In this document: positions 31,572 to 41,596 of the stretch, in pieces
Numbering within the stretch: position 1 is the stretch's first letter
Layout of the letters: every line of letters begins with the position of its first letter
Assembly: GCA_965243135.1 (NCBI GenBank)
Contig: OZ251539.1
Coordinates: 1,120,001 to 1,184,000 of the forward strand
Direction of reading: 5' to 3'
DNA length: 64,000 nt
Source: Alphaproteobacteria bacterium
Lineage (GTDB): Bacteria; Pseudomonadota; Alphaproteobacteria; MPNO01; UBA830
Notes under the pieces: generated by a model
What the model saw: only the letters and a program-made list of their open reading frames with translations
Told to the model about the DNA's origin: nothing
The model's database searches: none
Translations under genes and position numbers: made by a program

Positions 31572-32104
31572 CCATCGCGGGCGAGAAGGACGGGCGCTAC
31601 AGGCTGGGCTATCCGAACCTCGAGGTGCGCCGGAGCCTGGGCGAGGCTCTGCTGGGAGAATTGCTCCCGGCCGAGGCCCGCGAGGAGACGGAGCGTTTGC
31701 AGCTGAGCGAACTGCTGGAGGCGAACGACTTCGAGCGCCTCGAGACCCTGTTCCGCGGCGTCTTCGCCGCCATCCCGCACCAGTGGTACGCGACCAGCCC
31801 CGTCGCGAAGTACGAGGCCCACTACGCGAGCGTCATCCACAGCTGCTTCCTGATGGAGGGCCTCGAGCCGGTGGCCGAGGACAGCGGCAGCCGGGGGCGC
31901 GCCGACATGGCGATCCGCGTCGGCGGGCGCGTCTACCTGTTCGAGTTCAAGGTGGTGGAGCGCGGACGGGAGGGGACCGCGATCGCGCAGCTGCGGGAGA
32001 AGGGCTACGCGGACAAGTACCGCCATCTCGGTCGTTCGGTCCACCTGATCGGGGTGGAGTTCAGCCGCGAGGAGCGCAACGTCGTCGGATGCGAGACCGC
32101 CTGA
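31572..32104 (+). CDS. AAA-ATPase-like/PD-(D/E)XK protein copy B, exon 2 (nuclease domain)
   Basis: Splicing gives A|CC ATC GCG = TIAGEKDGRYRLGYPNLEVR, in frame; spliced product 507 aa. Confidence 0.92.
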
Positions 32105-32109
32105 ACGGC

Positions 32110-32485
32110 TTCCCGTCGGACACGGCCGCCTCCGCGAAAGAACGCCGCTCGCGACGCGGGTTCGGGCTGCGCTCCGTCGAAGGTGGCAGCGCTCGTTGCT
32201 CGCGCGGCGCTCGACCGGTAAGCGCCTGAAAAGTCGCGGGAAGGCGTCCGCCCGGAGGGCCGGCGTAAGGCGCTGCGGCTGCGAAGAGCGCCGCGCAGCG
32301 GCCTTCGGGGAGGGACGCTTGACTCGCCTGCCTTGCGTGCTGACCGGCTGTGTTGCGCTTCGGAATTGACAGGGTGGCTTCCGGGCCGGAGCCCACACCC
32401 GACCAAGCGTCGTGCGCGGGTGCGGTCCTCGAACCCGGCTGCGGCTTCCACCCCGACGGAACGTGGTGCAAATGCCAGGACAGGG
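32110..32485 (-). mobile_element. Putative IS110-family remnant: structured non-coding left end plus decayed transposase C-terminal fragment
   Basis: Nested stems 32372-32453; ends GCACGCAAGGCAGG as I recall from alphaproteobacterial IS110 left ends; followed by frameshifted ALFAAAAP...FQALTGR...EQRAL. Confidence 0.45.
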
Positions 32486-32588
32486 TCGGCTAATGTTCGG
32501 CTTGCCCCGTGCGCCCGTCTGACGGCGCGCATCGACAGGCAGTTGCGCAGGTTGCGCTGCCTTTGACCGGCGGCTAACCCACCACGGT

Positions 32589-32614
32589 CTGCCCACACGA
32601 CGGAGATCGCCGAC
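32589..32614 (+). repeat. 26-bp dispersed motif, copy 3 (right border of era-recO island)
   Basis: CTGCCCACACGACGGAGATCGCCGAC; 21/26 identical to 25552-25577. Confidence 0.45.
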
Positions 32615-32619
32615 CGTCG

Positions 32620-32642
32620 CGTTGCGCTTCAAAGTTGACGGG
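32620..32642 (+). mobile_element. IS30-like right inverted repeat
   Basis: GTTGCGCTTCAAAGTTGACGGG reads VALQS*, a typical IS30 transposase end; 16/23 match to the reverse complement of 29341-29363. Confidence 0.5.
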
Positions 32643-32825
32643 AACTCGTCTTTCGGAAGCGGAATAGTACGCCCCCTATCAACTCGGATCGGTTGGCCGG
32701 TGAGTCAAGGTGTCGCCACGGGCGCAAAGGGCGGCCGCCAAGTGTATTCTGGAGCCGGAGACGCGGAAAACGGAGTGCGCCGAGGCGCGACGGCACCTAA
32801 TGGAAAACGCAGGTTCCTGAGACCT

Positions 32826-33569
32826 ATGGACTGGAAGGATGAAGGCTTCGTGCTGTCGGCCCGCAAGCACGGAGAAAACTCCGCCATCGTCATGCTGCTC
32901 ACCCGGGACAACGGACGCCACGCGGGACTCGTGCGCGGCGGCGGGAGCCGGCGCGCGCGGGGCGTGTACCAGACGGGGAATCTGGTCAGCGCGCGATGGC
33001 GGGCGCGCCTTGACGAACATCTCGGCGCCTATTCCTGCGAATTGCTGTACCCCTACGCGGCGCAACTGTTGGGCGAACCGCTGCAACTCCTGGCTCTGGC
33101 TTCGGCGGCGGCGACGCTTGACCAGTTGTTGCCCGAACGCGCGCCGCATCCGGAGGCGTTTGACGCGTTCCGCGCGGTGCTGGAAGCGTTTCGGGCCGAG
33201 GACGGCTGGCTGGAGGACTTCGTGCGATGGGAACTGTCGCTGCTGTCCGCGCTCGGTTACGGCCTCGATCTGTCGCGATGCGCCGCCACGGGCGTCGTCG
33301 ACGGCTTGACGTATGTTTCTCCCCGCACCGGCCGCGCCGTTTCCGCCGCGGCCGGCGAGCCTTGGCGCGGCAGGCTCCTGAAACTTCCTTCCTTTCTGAC
33401 GCAGGATGCCCGCGGCGGAGCGACTCCGGAAATCTCGGACGGGCTGGCGTTGACCGGACACTTTCTCGCCCGTTGCGCCAAGGAAACCGCGGCGCGGCCG
33501 CTGCCCGGGGCGCGTGCGCGACTAATTGACAGGCTGCGCAAAACCTCTACAATATCTGGTATTATCTAA
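32826..33569 (+). CDS. recO: DNA repair protein RecO
   Basis: MDWKDEG.VL..RKHGE, GRHAGLVRGG, LGYGLDLSRCA.TG, YVSPRTGRAVS. Confidence 0.95.
   Translation: MDWKDEGFVLSARKHGENSAIVMLLTRDNGRHAGLVRGGGSRRARGVYQTGNLVSARWRARLDEHLGAYSCELLYPYAAQLLGEPLQLLALASAAATLDQLLPERAPHPEAFDAFRAVLEAFRAEDGWLEDFVRWELSLLSALGYGLDLSRCAATGVVDGLTYVSPRTGRAVSAAAGEPWRGRLLKLPSFLTQDARGGATPEISDGLALTGHFLARCAKETAARPLPGARARLIDRLRKTSTISGII
33526..33553 (+). promoter_or_regulatory. Sigma70 promoter for parC inside the recO 3' end
   Basis: TTGACA-N16-TACAAT, ending 32 nt before the parC ATG. Confidence 0.7.
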
Positions 33570-33584
33570 CCTCGGAGAGATCCG

Positions 33585-35819
33585 ATGACGACCGATTTGA
33601 TCGCCTCGCCGCGGATCGAGAACGTCCCGTTCGCGGATGCGCTGGGCGAACGCTATCTGGCCTACGCGCTTTCGACCATCACGTCGCGGTCGCTTCCCGA
33701 CGTGCGCGACGGCCTCAAACCCGTTCAGAGGCGCCTGCTTTTCGCCATGCGGCAACTCCGGCTCGACCCCGCTTCGGGCTTCAAGAAATGCGCGCGCGTC
33801 GTGGGCGACGTGATCGGAAAGTACCATCCTCACGGCGACGTCGCGGTCTACGACGCCCTCGTGCGCCTGGCGCAGGATTTCTCGGTTCGCTATCCGCTGA
33901 TCGACGGGCAGGGCAACTTCGGCAACGTCGACGGCGACAACGCCGCGGCCATGCGCTACACGGAAGCGCGGCTGACGGATTACGCGATCGCCGTGCTCGA
34001 CGGGATCGACGAGGACGCCGTCGACTTCCGCGAAAATTACGACGGTTCGGAGGACGAACCCGCGTTGCTGCCGGCGAGCGTGCCGAACCTTCTGTGCAAC
34101 GGGGCCATGGGCATCGCCGTCGGAATGGCGACCAGCATACCCCCGCACAACCTGGAGGAGGTGTGCAACGCGTTGCTGCACCTCCTTAAATTTCCGAACG
34201 CCACTATCGCGAAACTCGTCGAACTCGTCCCCGGCCCCGACTTTCCCACCGGCGGGTTGCTGGTCGAGGAGCGCGGCGCGGTCGCCGAAGCCTACGCCGC
34301 TGGACGCGGTTCGTTCCGGCATCGCGCCCGCTGGCGCAAGGAGGAGCTGCCTCGCGGCCAGTACCAGATCGTGGTCACCGAGATTCCCTATCAGGTGTCC
34401 AAGGGACGGCTCGTCGAAAAAATCGCCGATCAGCTCAACGCGAAGAAATTGTCGCTGCTGGGCGACCTGCGCGACGAGAGCGCGGAGGATACGCGGTTGA
34501 TTCTCGAACCGCGCAGCCGTTCCGTGGACGCGGAAATGCTGATGGAGCAGATGTTCCGCCTGACCGACCTCGAGGCCCGCGTTTCTCTGAACATGAACGT
34601 GCTGGATTCGCGAATGGTGCCGCGGGTCATGAGCCTCCGCGAGGTGTTGCGCGCTTTTCTCGATCACCGCGAAGAAGTGCTCGTAAGGCGGGCGCGGCAT
34701 CGCCTCGCGAAAATCGAACATCGCCTCGAGGTGCTCGACGGTTATCTTGTCGCCTATCTCAATCTCGACGAGGTGATCCGCATCATTCGCGAGGAGGACG
34801 AACCCAAATCCGTGATGATCGGCAAATGGGGGCTTAGCGACGTTCAGGCCGAGGCGATTCTCAATATGCGCCTGCGCGCGTTGCGCCGCCTGGAAGAGAT
34901 CGCGATCGAAGAGGAACACCGGAAACTGTCGGCCGAACGGCGCGACCTTCAGGAGATGTTGGCCGACGCCGGAAAACGGAAGGCGGCGATCGCCGCCGAG
35001 ATCGGCGAAATTCGCAAGCGCTTCGGCAAGAAGACGGCGCTGGGCGCGCGGCGCACCGGCATCGAGGACGCGCCGCCGCCCGTCGACGTGCCGCCGCACG
35101 CCTTGATCGAGCGGGAGCCGATCACCGTCATTTGTTCCGAGAAGGGATGGATTCGGGCGGCGAGGGGGCATCTGGCGGATCCGGGAGGCGTCAAATACAA
35201 GGAGGGCGACCGGGAGCGCTTCGTCCTCCCGGCGGAGACGACCGACAGGATCCTGATTTTCGCGACCAACGGCCGCTTCTACACGCTCGGCGCGGACAGG
35301 CTGCCGGGCGCGCGCGGCCACGGCGAGCCCGTGCGCCTGATGGTGGATCTGCCCAACGACCAGGACGTCGTGGCGTTGTTCGTTCACCGGCCCGGCGAAA
35401 GGCTGGTCGTCGCTTCGGCGGACGGACGGGGATTCGTCGTATCCGAAGACGAGGTGGTCGCACAGACCAAGAACGGCAAGCAGGTGCTTAATCTCGGGAA
35501 GCAGGGGGAGGCGGCGGCGTGCGCTCCCGTGCGAGGGGACGCCGTCGCGGTGATCGGCGAAAATCGCAAGATTTTGGCGTTTCCGCTGTCGGAACTGCCG
35601 GAGATGAGCCGCGGCCGCGGCGTGAAGATGCAGAGCTATCGGGATGGCGGGCTGTCGGACGTCACGACCTTCGAACTGAAGAAGGGCCTGTCGTGGAAGA
35701 CGGGGGCGGGAATGCGCACCGAAAGCGACCTCGAAGGCTATGTGGGCCGGCGCGGCCAGGCCGGCCGCGTCGCCATGCGGGGGTTTCCGAGAAGCAACCG
35801 CTTCGGGAACTACGCGTAG
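33585..35819 (+). CDS. parC: DNA topoisomerase IV subunit A
   Basis: [28 protein letters not shown]; 744 aa, no GyrA box. Confidence 0.95.
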   Translation: MTTDLIASPRIENVPFADALGERYLAYALSTITSRSLPDVRDGLKPVQRRLLFAMRQLRLDPASGFKKCARVVGDVIGKYHPHGDVAVYDALVRLAQDFSVRYPLIDGQGNFGNVDGDNAAAMRYTEARLTDYAIAVLDGIDEDAVDFRENYDGSEDEPALLPASVPNLLCNGAMGIAVGMATSIPPHNLEEVCNALLHLLKFPNATIAKLVELVPGPDFPTGGLLVEERGAVAEAYAAGRGSFRHRARWRKEELPRGQYQIVVTEIPYQVSKGRLVEKIADQLNAKKLSLLGDLRDESAEDTRLILEPRSRSVDAEMLMEQMFRLTDLEARVSLNMNVLDSRMVPRVMSLREVLRAFLDHREEVLVRRARHRLAKIEHRLEVLDGYLVAYLNLDEVIRIIREEDEPKSVMIGKWGLSDVQAEAILNMRLRALRRLEEIAIEEEHRKLSAERRDLQEMLADAGKRKAAIAAEIGEIRKRFGKKTALGARRTGIEDAPPPVDVPPHALIEREPITVICSEKGWIRAARGHLADPGGVKYKEGDRERFVLPAETTDRILIFATNGRFYTLGADRLPGARGHGEPVRLMVDLPNDQDVVALFVHRPGERLVVASADGRGFVVSEDEVVAQTKNGKQVLNLGKQGEAAACAPVRGDAVAVIGENRKILAFPLSELPEMSRGRGVKMQSYRDGGLSDVTTFELKKGLSWKTGAGMRTESDLEGYVGRRGQAGRVAMRGFPRSNRFGNYA

Positions 35820-35825
35820 ACCCGG

Positions 35826-38477
35826 TCAGAAATTCAGGGAGATGTCGCGGTGGACCGACAGGCAGCTCGCGATTTCCGCCGCGGCGTCGCTGTTCAGGCG
35901 CGGTTGCGAGCGGAGCCCGATGGTGTCCCTGATCGCCGTTTCGTAGGAGGACAAGCCGGGCTGCAGTTCGGCCGCCGCCCGGCGCCGCCACTCGACTTCC
36001 GCGGCGTAGCGCTCGAGACCGTCCGCGAGTTCCCGGGCGGCGCGTTTCTCGTCGGGCGTCCGGCGGGCGAGCGCCCGGCGCGCGCGCGAGAAGCGCGATT
36101 TCACCGACGAAGTCCCCTCGATTCCCTCGAACGACCGTTCCGCCGCCTTGAAGCGCTCCGCCGCCTCCGCCGACGGCATGCTGCCGATGACCGTCCTCAG
36201 CGCCGCGAGCTCGTCGCCGATCGCCGCCAGCGCTTCCGCCCCGCCGACGATCCCGAGCGCTTCCGATACCGGTTCGTAGGCGTCGTCGACGGTCCGCCGA
36301 TAAAGTCGCCGCGCCCGGTCCGCCGCCTTGGCGAGCGCAAGATAGGTCTTGCGGGCCTCCTCCCATTCTTCCGGCAGCGACGCCTCGAGCGCGGCGATCT
36401 CGCGCCGGATCTCTTCAAGCCGCGATCGTTGCGCGGATGCCCCGGCGCCGTCTCTTTCCAGTCGGCGCATCCGGTCTTCGACGTCTTCCGCCTCCGTCGC
36501 GAGCTTGCGAATTCGGGTCTGAAGCCTGCGCACCGTGCGATGCAGGGGCTTGTAACCGGGCACGAAGGCGTTCAACTCCGCGTCCGAGGACCGCACCAGG
36601 GCAACTTGTTCGAAGGTCCGGCCTGCGGTTTCGAAACTTTCGGCGAGCTTCGAACGCAGGGATTTCGGAAGATACGAGATGTCCAGCCTCTTCGTCGACT
36701 CGATCGCGTTCAGCAGGGTTTCGCCGCGCGCGTCGTACTGCCTGAACAGCATGTCTTCGAGACATAACTGAAGACGGGGGTTCTTGGGCGGAGGCGCCGT
36801 TTCCGAAGTCAGATAGACCCTGTTGGGCAGATAGTTCACGAGACCCGGCCACACGCCGACGATCGCGAGTCCCGCGAGTTGCAGAACGATGAACGGAACC
36901 ACTCCGGCGTACATCTGGATCGTCTTGACCGAAGGCGGCGCGACCCCGCGGAGATAAAAGAGCGCGAAGCCGAACGGCGGCGTCAGAAAGGAGGTCTGCA
37001 TGTTGACGCCGATCATCACGCCGAGCCAGACGGCAGTCACGTTCGCGGACGTGTCGGCGAGCAGAATCGGCGCGATGATCGGCACGACGACCACGGCGAT
37101 TTCGATGAAATCGAGAAAGAAGCCGAGGATGAAGATCACGGCCATTACCACGACGAACTTCGCGATGAAGCCGCCGGGCAACCCGAACAGGAAATCCCGG
37201 ACGAGATCTTCGCCGCCGAACGCCCGGAAGGCTGCGGTCAGCATCGCGGCGCCGAGCAGGATGATGAAGACCAGCGACGTGGTCTTGGCGGTTTCGATCA
37301 TGACGTGGCGCAGCGTTTCGTCGATGGCGTAGGTTCGCCACAGGCTCCAGGCCACGGCGGCCAGCAACGCCGCGACCGCGGCGGCGGCGAGGATCACGCC
37401 TATCCACTCGGACTGCGTCCGCGTGTTCTTTATGTTGATGTCGTAGAAGTTCAGCAGGAGCACGATGGCGGCGACGGCGCCGAGAGCGAGCAGCGCCGGC
37501 CGGAACGCGCCTTTCCTGTCCGCCGTCAACCGGTATCCCGCCATGACGACCGCGCCGACCGCGCCGATCGCGCCGGCCTGGTTCACGGTGGCGACGCCCA
37601 TGATGATGGAGCCGAGCACGATGAAGATGAGCGCGAGCGGCGGAACCAGCGACAACGCGACCTTCGTCAGGAAGCGGATGTCCATTTGCCCCTGGAACGG
37701 GACGGGAGGAGCGATCTTCGGCCGGATCAGCGAGGACAGCAGAATGTAGACCATGTACAACCCGACGAGAACGAGGCCGGGGAGCAGAGCGCCGAGAAAC
37801 ATGTCGCCGGCGCTGGTGGACGTCAGGCTGAACTCCGAGGGCAGGGCGAATTGTCCGGTCGCCTGCTTGTATTCCGCCTGGCGCAGCGTGCTCGCCTGGT
37901 CGGTGGCGCTCGCCAGCTGATCCGCGAGGATGATCAGAACGATCGAGGGCGGAATGATCTGCCCGAGCGTGCCGGACGCGCTGATCGTGCCCGTGGCGAG
38001 CGCTTTCGAGTAATTGGCGCGCAGCATCACCGGCAGGGAGATAAGCCCCATGGCGACGACGGTGGCGCCCACGATGCCGGTCGTCGCGGCGAGCAGCGCG
38101 CCGACGAAGACGACGGCGATGCCGAGCCCGCCCGGAATCGGGCCGAACAACTGCGCCATCGTGACGAGCAGGTCCTCCGCCACCTTGGACCGTTCCAGCA
38201 TGATGCCCATGAAGACGAACAGGGGAATCGCGATCAGCGTGTCGCGTTCGACCTCCCAGTAGACGCCGCGAAAGTTCGTGACGCCGGCATCCAGCCATTG
38301 CTGCGGTCCGCCGTGGAGAAAATAGGCGTCCGGGTTGCCGGCGAAGAGGTATCCGCACAGAGCCGCCAGGCCGATCGACAGGATCGCCGAGCCGGGCAGG
38401 GCGAAGGCCACGGGATATCCCGAAGCGAGCGCGGCGACCATCGTGCCGATCAGAATTACGAGAAAGAAGATTTCCAC
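35826..38477 (-). CDS. TRAP transporter large permease (DctM) with long C-terminal soluble extension
   Basis: LIAIPLF, SGTLGQIIPPS, SFLTPPFG; ~330 aa helical tail. Confidence 0.92.
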   Translation of the reverse strand: MEIFFLVILIGTMVAALASGYPVAFALPGSAILSIGLAALCGYLFAGNPDAYFLHGGPQQWLDAGVTNFRGVYWEVERDTLIAIPLFVFMGIMLERSKVAEDLLVTMAQLFGPIPGGLGIAVVFVGALLAATTGIVGATVVAMGLISLPVMLRANYSKALATGTISASGTLGQIIPPSIVLIILADQLASATDQASTLRQAEYKQATGQFALPSEFSLTSTSAGDMFLGALLPGLVLVGLYMVYILLSSLIRPKIAPPVPFQGQMDIRFLTKVALSLVPPLALIFIVLGSIIMGVATVNQAGAIGAVGAVVMAGYRLTADRKGAFRPALLALGAVAAIVLLLNFYDINIKNTRTQSEWIGVILAAAAVAALLAAVAWSLWRTYAIDETLRHVMIETAKTTSLVFIILLGAAMLTAAFRAFGGEDLVRDFLFGLPGGFIAKFVVVMAVIFILGFFLDFIEIAVVVVPIIAPILLADTSANVTAVWLGVMIGVNMQTSFLTPPFGFALFYLRGVAPPSVKTIQMYAGVVPFIVLQLAGLAIVGVWPGLVNYLPNRVYLTSETAPPPKNPRLQLCLEDMLFRQYDARGETLLNAIESTKRLDISYLPKSLRSKLAESFETAGRTFEQVALVRSSDAELNAFVPGYKPLHRTVRRLQTRIRKLATEAEDVEDRMRRLERDGAGASAQRSRLEEIRREIAALEASLPEEWEEARKTYLALAKAADRARRLYRRTVDDAYEPVSEALGIVGGAEALAAIGDELAALRTVIGSMPSAEAAERFKAAERSFEGIEGTSSVKSRFSRARRALARRTPDEKRAARELADGLERYAAEVEWRRRAAAELQPGLSSYETAIRDTIGLRSQPRLNSDAAAEIASCLSVHRDISLNF

Positions 38478-38486
38478 GGACGGCGC

Positions 38487-39497
38487 CTACGTCGCGCGTT
38501 GGCCGGCGGACGAGGCCCCGGGCTCTCCGGCGAGAACGGCCGCGTTGCGGAGGGCGTATCCAAGGAACTGCATCAGCATGCTGAGCGCGTAGACCAGCAG
38601 GAACCCGGCCATCAGGTATTTGACGTACATGCCGTAGCCGCTCTGCGAGACTTCGTAGCTGAGAAGCGGAGCGTTGATCAGGTTCGACTTGTCCCACATG
38701 CCGGAGGTCAGGATGATCCAGCAAAGCGGCACGCCGAGGAGGACGGAGCCGGCGACGTTCGACAACGCCTTGCCGCGCGCGCTGAAACCGGCGTAGAGGA
38801 TGTCGACGCGCACATGGCCTTCCTCGATCAACGTATAGGCGCTCGCGAACAGGAAGAGGGCGGCGTACCAGAAACGCACGAGGTCGCCCATGAACGCCTG
38901 CTCGTAGGAAAAGATGAACCGCGCCAGCACGATCTGGAATTCCGCCAGCACGATCAGAAGGGCGAGCCAGGTGAAGCCGAGGGATCTCGAGAAAAACGCG
39001 ATCGCCAGCGCGACGCCGATGAGGGGGTAATGGACGAAATCGCCGCGGTACTGGGACCGTCCGAGATCCTTCGCCGCCTCCTGTCCGACGACGTCGGCGA
39101 GGATGCCCTCCACGCGAAGGAAGGAAATCGTCATGTCCGCGAGGCCGACCAGCAGGACGCCCCAGAACGCGGCGCGGACGATGTAGGCGGCGAAGCCCGC
39201 CAGAACGGCGGCGTCGTCCGCCAGCGACCGTTTGCGGCTCGCGAACGCGATGGCGATCAGGAGCGCCGCCGCATAGAGAAGAAGCTGCGTCCAACCCAGC
39301 CGCGCCGCCGCGCCGTCGAGCGGCGGCGCTTCGCCGCCGGACCAGCCGAGATGGGCGAACAGGTTTTCGATCCCGGGCCAACCGCGCCAGTGGATCAGGT
39401 AGTTGTTGATCGAAAAGGCGATCGCGAAGCCGGCGACGGCAAGGGCGGCGGCCCGCAGGAAGGGGCTTCCTCTCGCGAAGGCGGAAAGGGGGGCCAT
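38487..39497 (-). CDS. TRAP transporter small permease (extended DctQ)
   Basis: FLFASAYTL.E.GHVRVD; hydrophobic. Confidence 0.88.
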   Translation of the reverse strand: MAPLSAFARGSPFLRAAALAVAGFAIAFSINNYLIHWRGWPGIENLFAHLGWSGGEAPPLDGAAARLGWTQLLLYAAALLIAIAFASRKRSLADDAAVLAGFAAYIVRAAFWGVLLVGLADMTISFLRVEGILADVVGQEAAKDLGRSQYRGDFVHYPLIGVALAIAFFSRSLGFTWLALLIVLAEFQIVLARFIFSYEQAFMGDLVRFWYAALFLFASAYTLIEEGHVRVDILYAGFSARGKALSNVAGSVLLGVPLCWIILTSGMWDKSNLINAPLLSYEVSQSGYGMYVKYLMAGFLLVYALSMLMQFLGYALRNAAVLAGEPGASSAGQRAT

Positions 39498-39532
39498 GCT
39501 TTCAGGCGCCTCGCGACGGCCGGCGGCGGTCG

Positions 39533-39563
39533 CGGATAGCGGAGCCGGAGACTCCGCTATCCG
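39533..39563 (-). terminator. Intercistronic stem-loop downstream of the TRAP binding-protein gene
   Basis: Perfect 12-bp stem CGGATAGCGGAG/CTCCGCTATCCG, 7-nt loop, no U-tract. Confidence 0.6.
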
Positions 39564-39581
39564 GTCACATGACGCGCTTTC

Positions 39582-40706
39582 CTAGACGCCGAGAACGCGG
39601 TTGCGCTGGGCGATGTAGGCCTGGTCGGAGATCTTCGACCAGCCGCCGAGATCCTTGCGGGCCGCAAGGAAACTTTCGTGGATGCGCTTCGCGAGGTCGC
39701 TGTGCGCCACGACCGTTTCGAAGACCTCGTCGGCCGCTTCGCCGAAGCTGTCGTAGACGTCGTCGTTGAACTCGCGGAGCTTGACTCCGTGTTCCGAAAC
39801 CAGCTTGGCCAGCGCCGCGCCGTTCTTGGCGTTGTATTCGGACATCATCACGTCGTTTTCCATGCCCGCCGCGGCTTCGACGAGGATCCGGTCCGACTTC
39901 GTGAGCTTGCCCCACCACGACGCGTTCATCCCGAGCGCCAGCATCGCTCCCGGCTCGTGCATGCCCGGATAGTAGTAGTACTTGGCCGCTTCGTAGAACT
40001 TCATGAAGCTGTCGTTCCAGGGACCGACCCATTCCGTCGCGTCGATCGCGCCCGAAACCAGGTTCTCGTAGATCTGGCCGCCCGGGAGCGAAACCGGCGA
40101 GGCGCCGAGCTTGGCCATCACGTCGCCGCCGAGGCCGGGAATGCGCATCTTCAGCCCCTTGAGATCGTCGGAGGAGTTGATCTCCTTGTTGAACCAGCCG
40201 CCCATCTGGACGCCGGTGTTGCCGCACATCACGCCCTTGAGGCCGAATTCGCCGGCGAGCTCGTCCCACAGCTCCTGACCGCCGCCGAAGCGAATCCAGG
40301 CGTTGATTTCGGTGTAGGTGAGGCCGAACGGCACCGCCGTGAAGTACGCCCAGCCGGGATGCTTGCCCTTCCAGTAATAGTCGGCGGCGTGGTAGGCCTG
40401 CGCGTTGCCGGACGCCACCGCGTCGAAGGAATCGAACGCGCCGACGCGCTCGTTCGCGGCGAAATACTGCACCTTGATCCGGCCTTCGGTCATCTCTTCG
40501 ACGCGCTTGGCGAAGCGTTGCGCTCCGGTGCCGAGGCCGGGAAAGTCGCGCGGCCACGTCGTGACGATCGTCATCTCGTTGGTTTTCTGCGCGACGGCCG
40601 GCGCGGGAAAGCTGGAGGCGGCCGCGACGCCCGCGCCCGCAAGAGCCGCGCCCTTGATGAAGGAACGGCGGCCGGCTTCCCCGGCCCCACTCTTTTTCGA
40701 TGTCAT
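39582..40706 (-). CDS. TRAP substrate-binding protein (TakP/DctP-like), Tat signal
   Basis: GRRSFIK Tat motif, GNTGVQMGGWFNKEI, LKMRIPGLGG, DATEWVGP. Confidence 0.93.
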   Translation of the reverse strand: MTSKKSGAGEAGRRSFIKGAALAGAGVAAASSFPAPAVAQKTNEMTIVTTWPRDFPGLGTGAQRFAKRVEEMTEGRIKVQYFAANERVGAFDSFDAVASGNAQAYHAADYYWKGKHPGWAYFTAVPFGLTYTEINAWIRFGGGQELWDELAGEFGLKGVMCGNTGVQMGGWFNKEINSSDDLKGLKMRIPGLGGDVMAKLGASPVSLPGGQIYENLVSGAIDATEWVGPWNDSFMKFYEAAKYYYYPGMHEPGAMLALGMNASWWGKLTKSDRILVEAAAGMENDVMMSEYNAKNGAALAKLVSEHGVKLREFNDDVYDSFGEAADEVFETVVAHSDLAKRIHESFLAARKDLGGWSKISDQAYIAQRNRVLGV

Positions 40707-40783
40707 GTCTTGATTTCTCCCTGTTTGCCCACGCCCCTGCGGGCGGGATCGCGCAGGCATGTTAATTCGCCGGTTTACGGCGA

Positions 40784-41524
40784 TCAACTCCGAAACCCGC
40801 CGGAGCTTCGCGAGTCGAGAACCCTCCAGCCGTCGTCCCGCAGCGCTTCGAGCGGCCGGAAGCGCGCCTTGTAAGCCATCTTTTCCAGCCCTTCGATCCA
40901 GTAGCCGAGATAAACGAACGACAGGCCGAGTTCGCGCGCGCGCCGGACCATCCACAGGATCATGAAGGTGCCCATGCTGCGTCCGCCCGGATCGAAGAAA
41001 CTGTAAACGGCGGAAAGCGCGTCGCGCAACCTGTCCATCAGCATGACCCCCGCCAACGCTCCGTCCGGGTTTCGGAACTCGACCGCGCGCGAGGTCACCG
41101 GCGAGCGCTCGATCATCGCCCGGTACTCCTCGAAACTCATGGCCGACATCTCGCCGCCGCCGTGGCGCGTCCGCTGGTAGAGCGAGAACAGGCGATACTG
41201 TTCCGCCGTCGCGACGGCCTCCAGGTCGGCGGCCGTCAGGCCGGCGTTCTCCCTCAGAACGCGCCGCTGGGAGCGCGCGGCCTCGAATTCGCCGACGACG
41301 ATCCGCACCGGCACGCAGGCGTCGCAGCCGGGGCAGGCGGGCCGGTAGGCGAGCTCGTAGCTTCGGCGGAAACCGGCGCGGGACAGCCGCTCGTAGGCTT
41401 CCTCGGCGTCCGGTCCCGCGAGCTCCGTCACCACCTTGCGTTCCGTCCGGCCCTCGAGATAAGGGCAGGGCAGCAGGCGGGTTCCGAAGAAATACCGGCT
41501 GGGTCGAGCGAGCGGCTGGTTCAT
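40784..41524 (-). CDS. Arginyl-tRNA-protein transferase-like (Bpt/Ate)
   Basis: PCPYL...ERK, GFRRS, YRP.C..C.AC, SAVYSFFDP, YLGYWI, MAYK. Confidence 0.92.
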   Translation of the reverse strand: MNQPLARPSRYFFGTRLLPCPYLEGRTERKVVTELAGPDAEEAYERLSRAGFRRSYELAYRPACPGCDACVPVRIVVGEFEAARSQRRVLRENAGLTAADLEAVATAEQYRLFSLYQRTRHGGGEMSAMSFEEYRAMIERSPVTSRAVEFRNPDGALAGVMLMDRLRDALSAVYSFFDPGGRSMGTFMILWMVRRARELGLSFVYLGYWIEGLEKMAYKARFRPLEALRDDGWRVLDSRSSGGFRS

Positions 41525-41596
41525 GCGCGGTGACGCTTGTGGGACGGCGCAGTATAGGAGTTGCCGCGTCCGCGCGAAAGGCGTTCGCCGCCCGGC

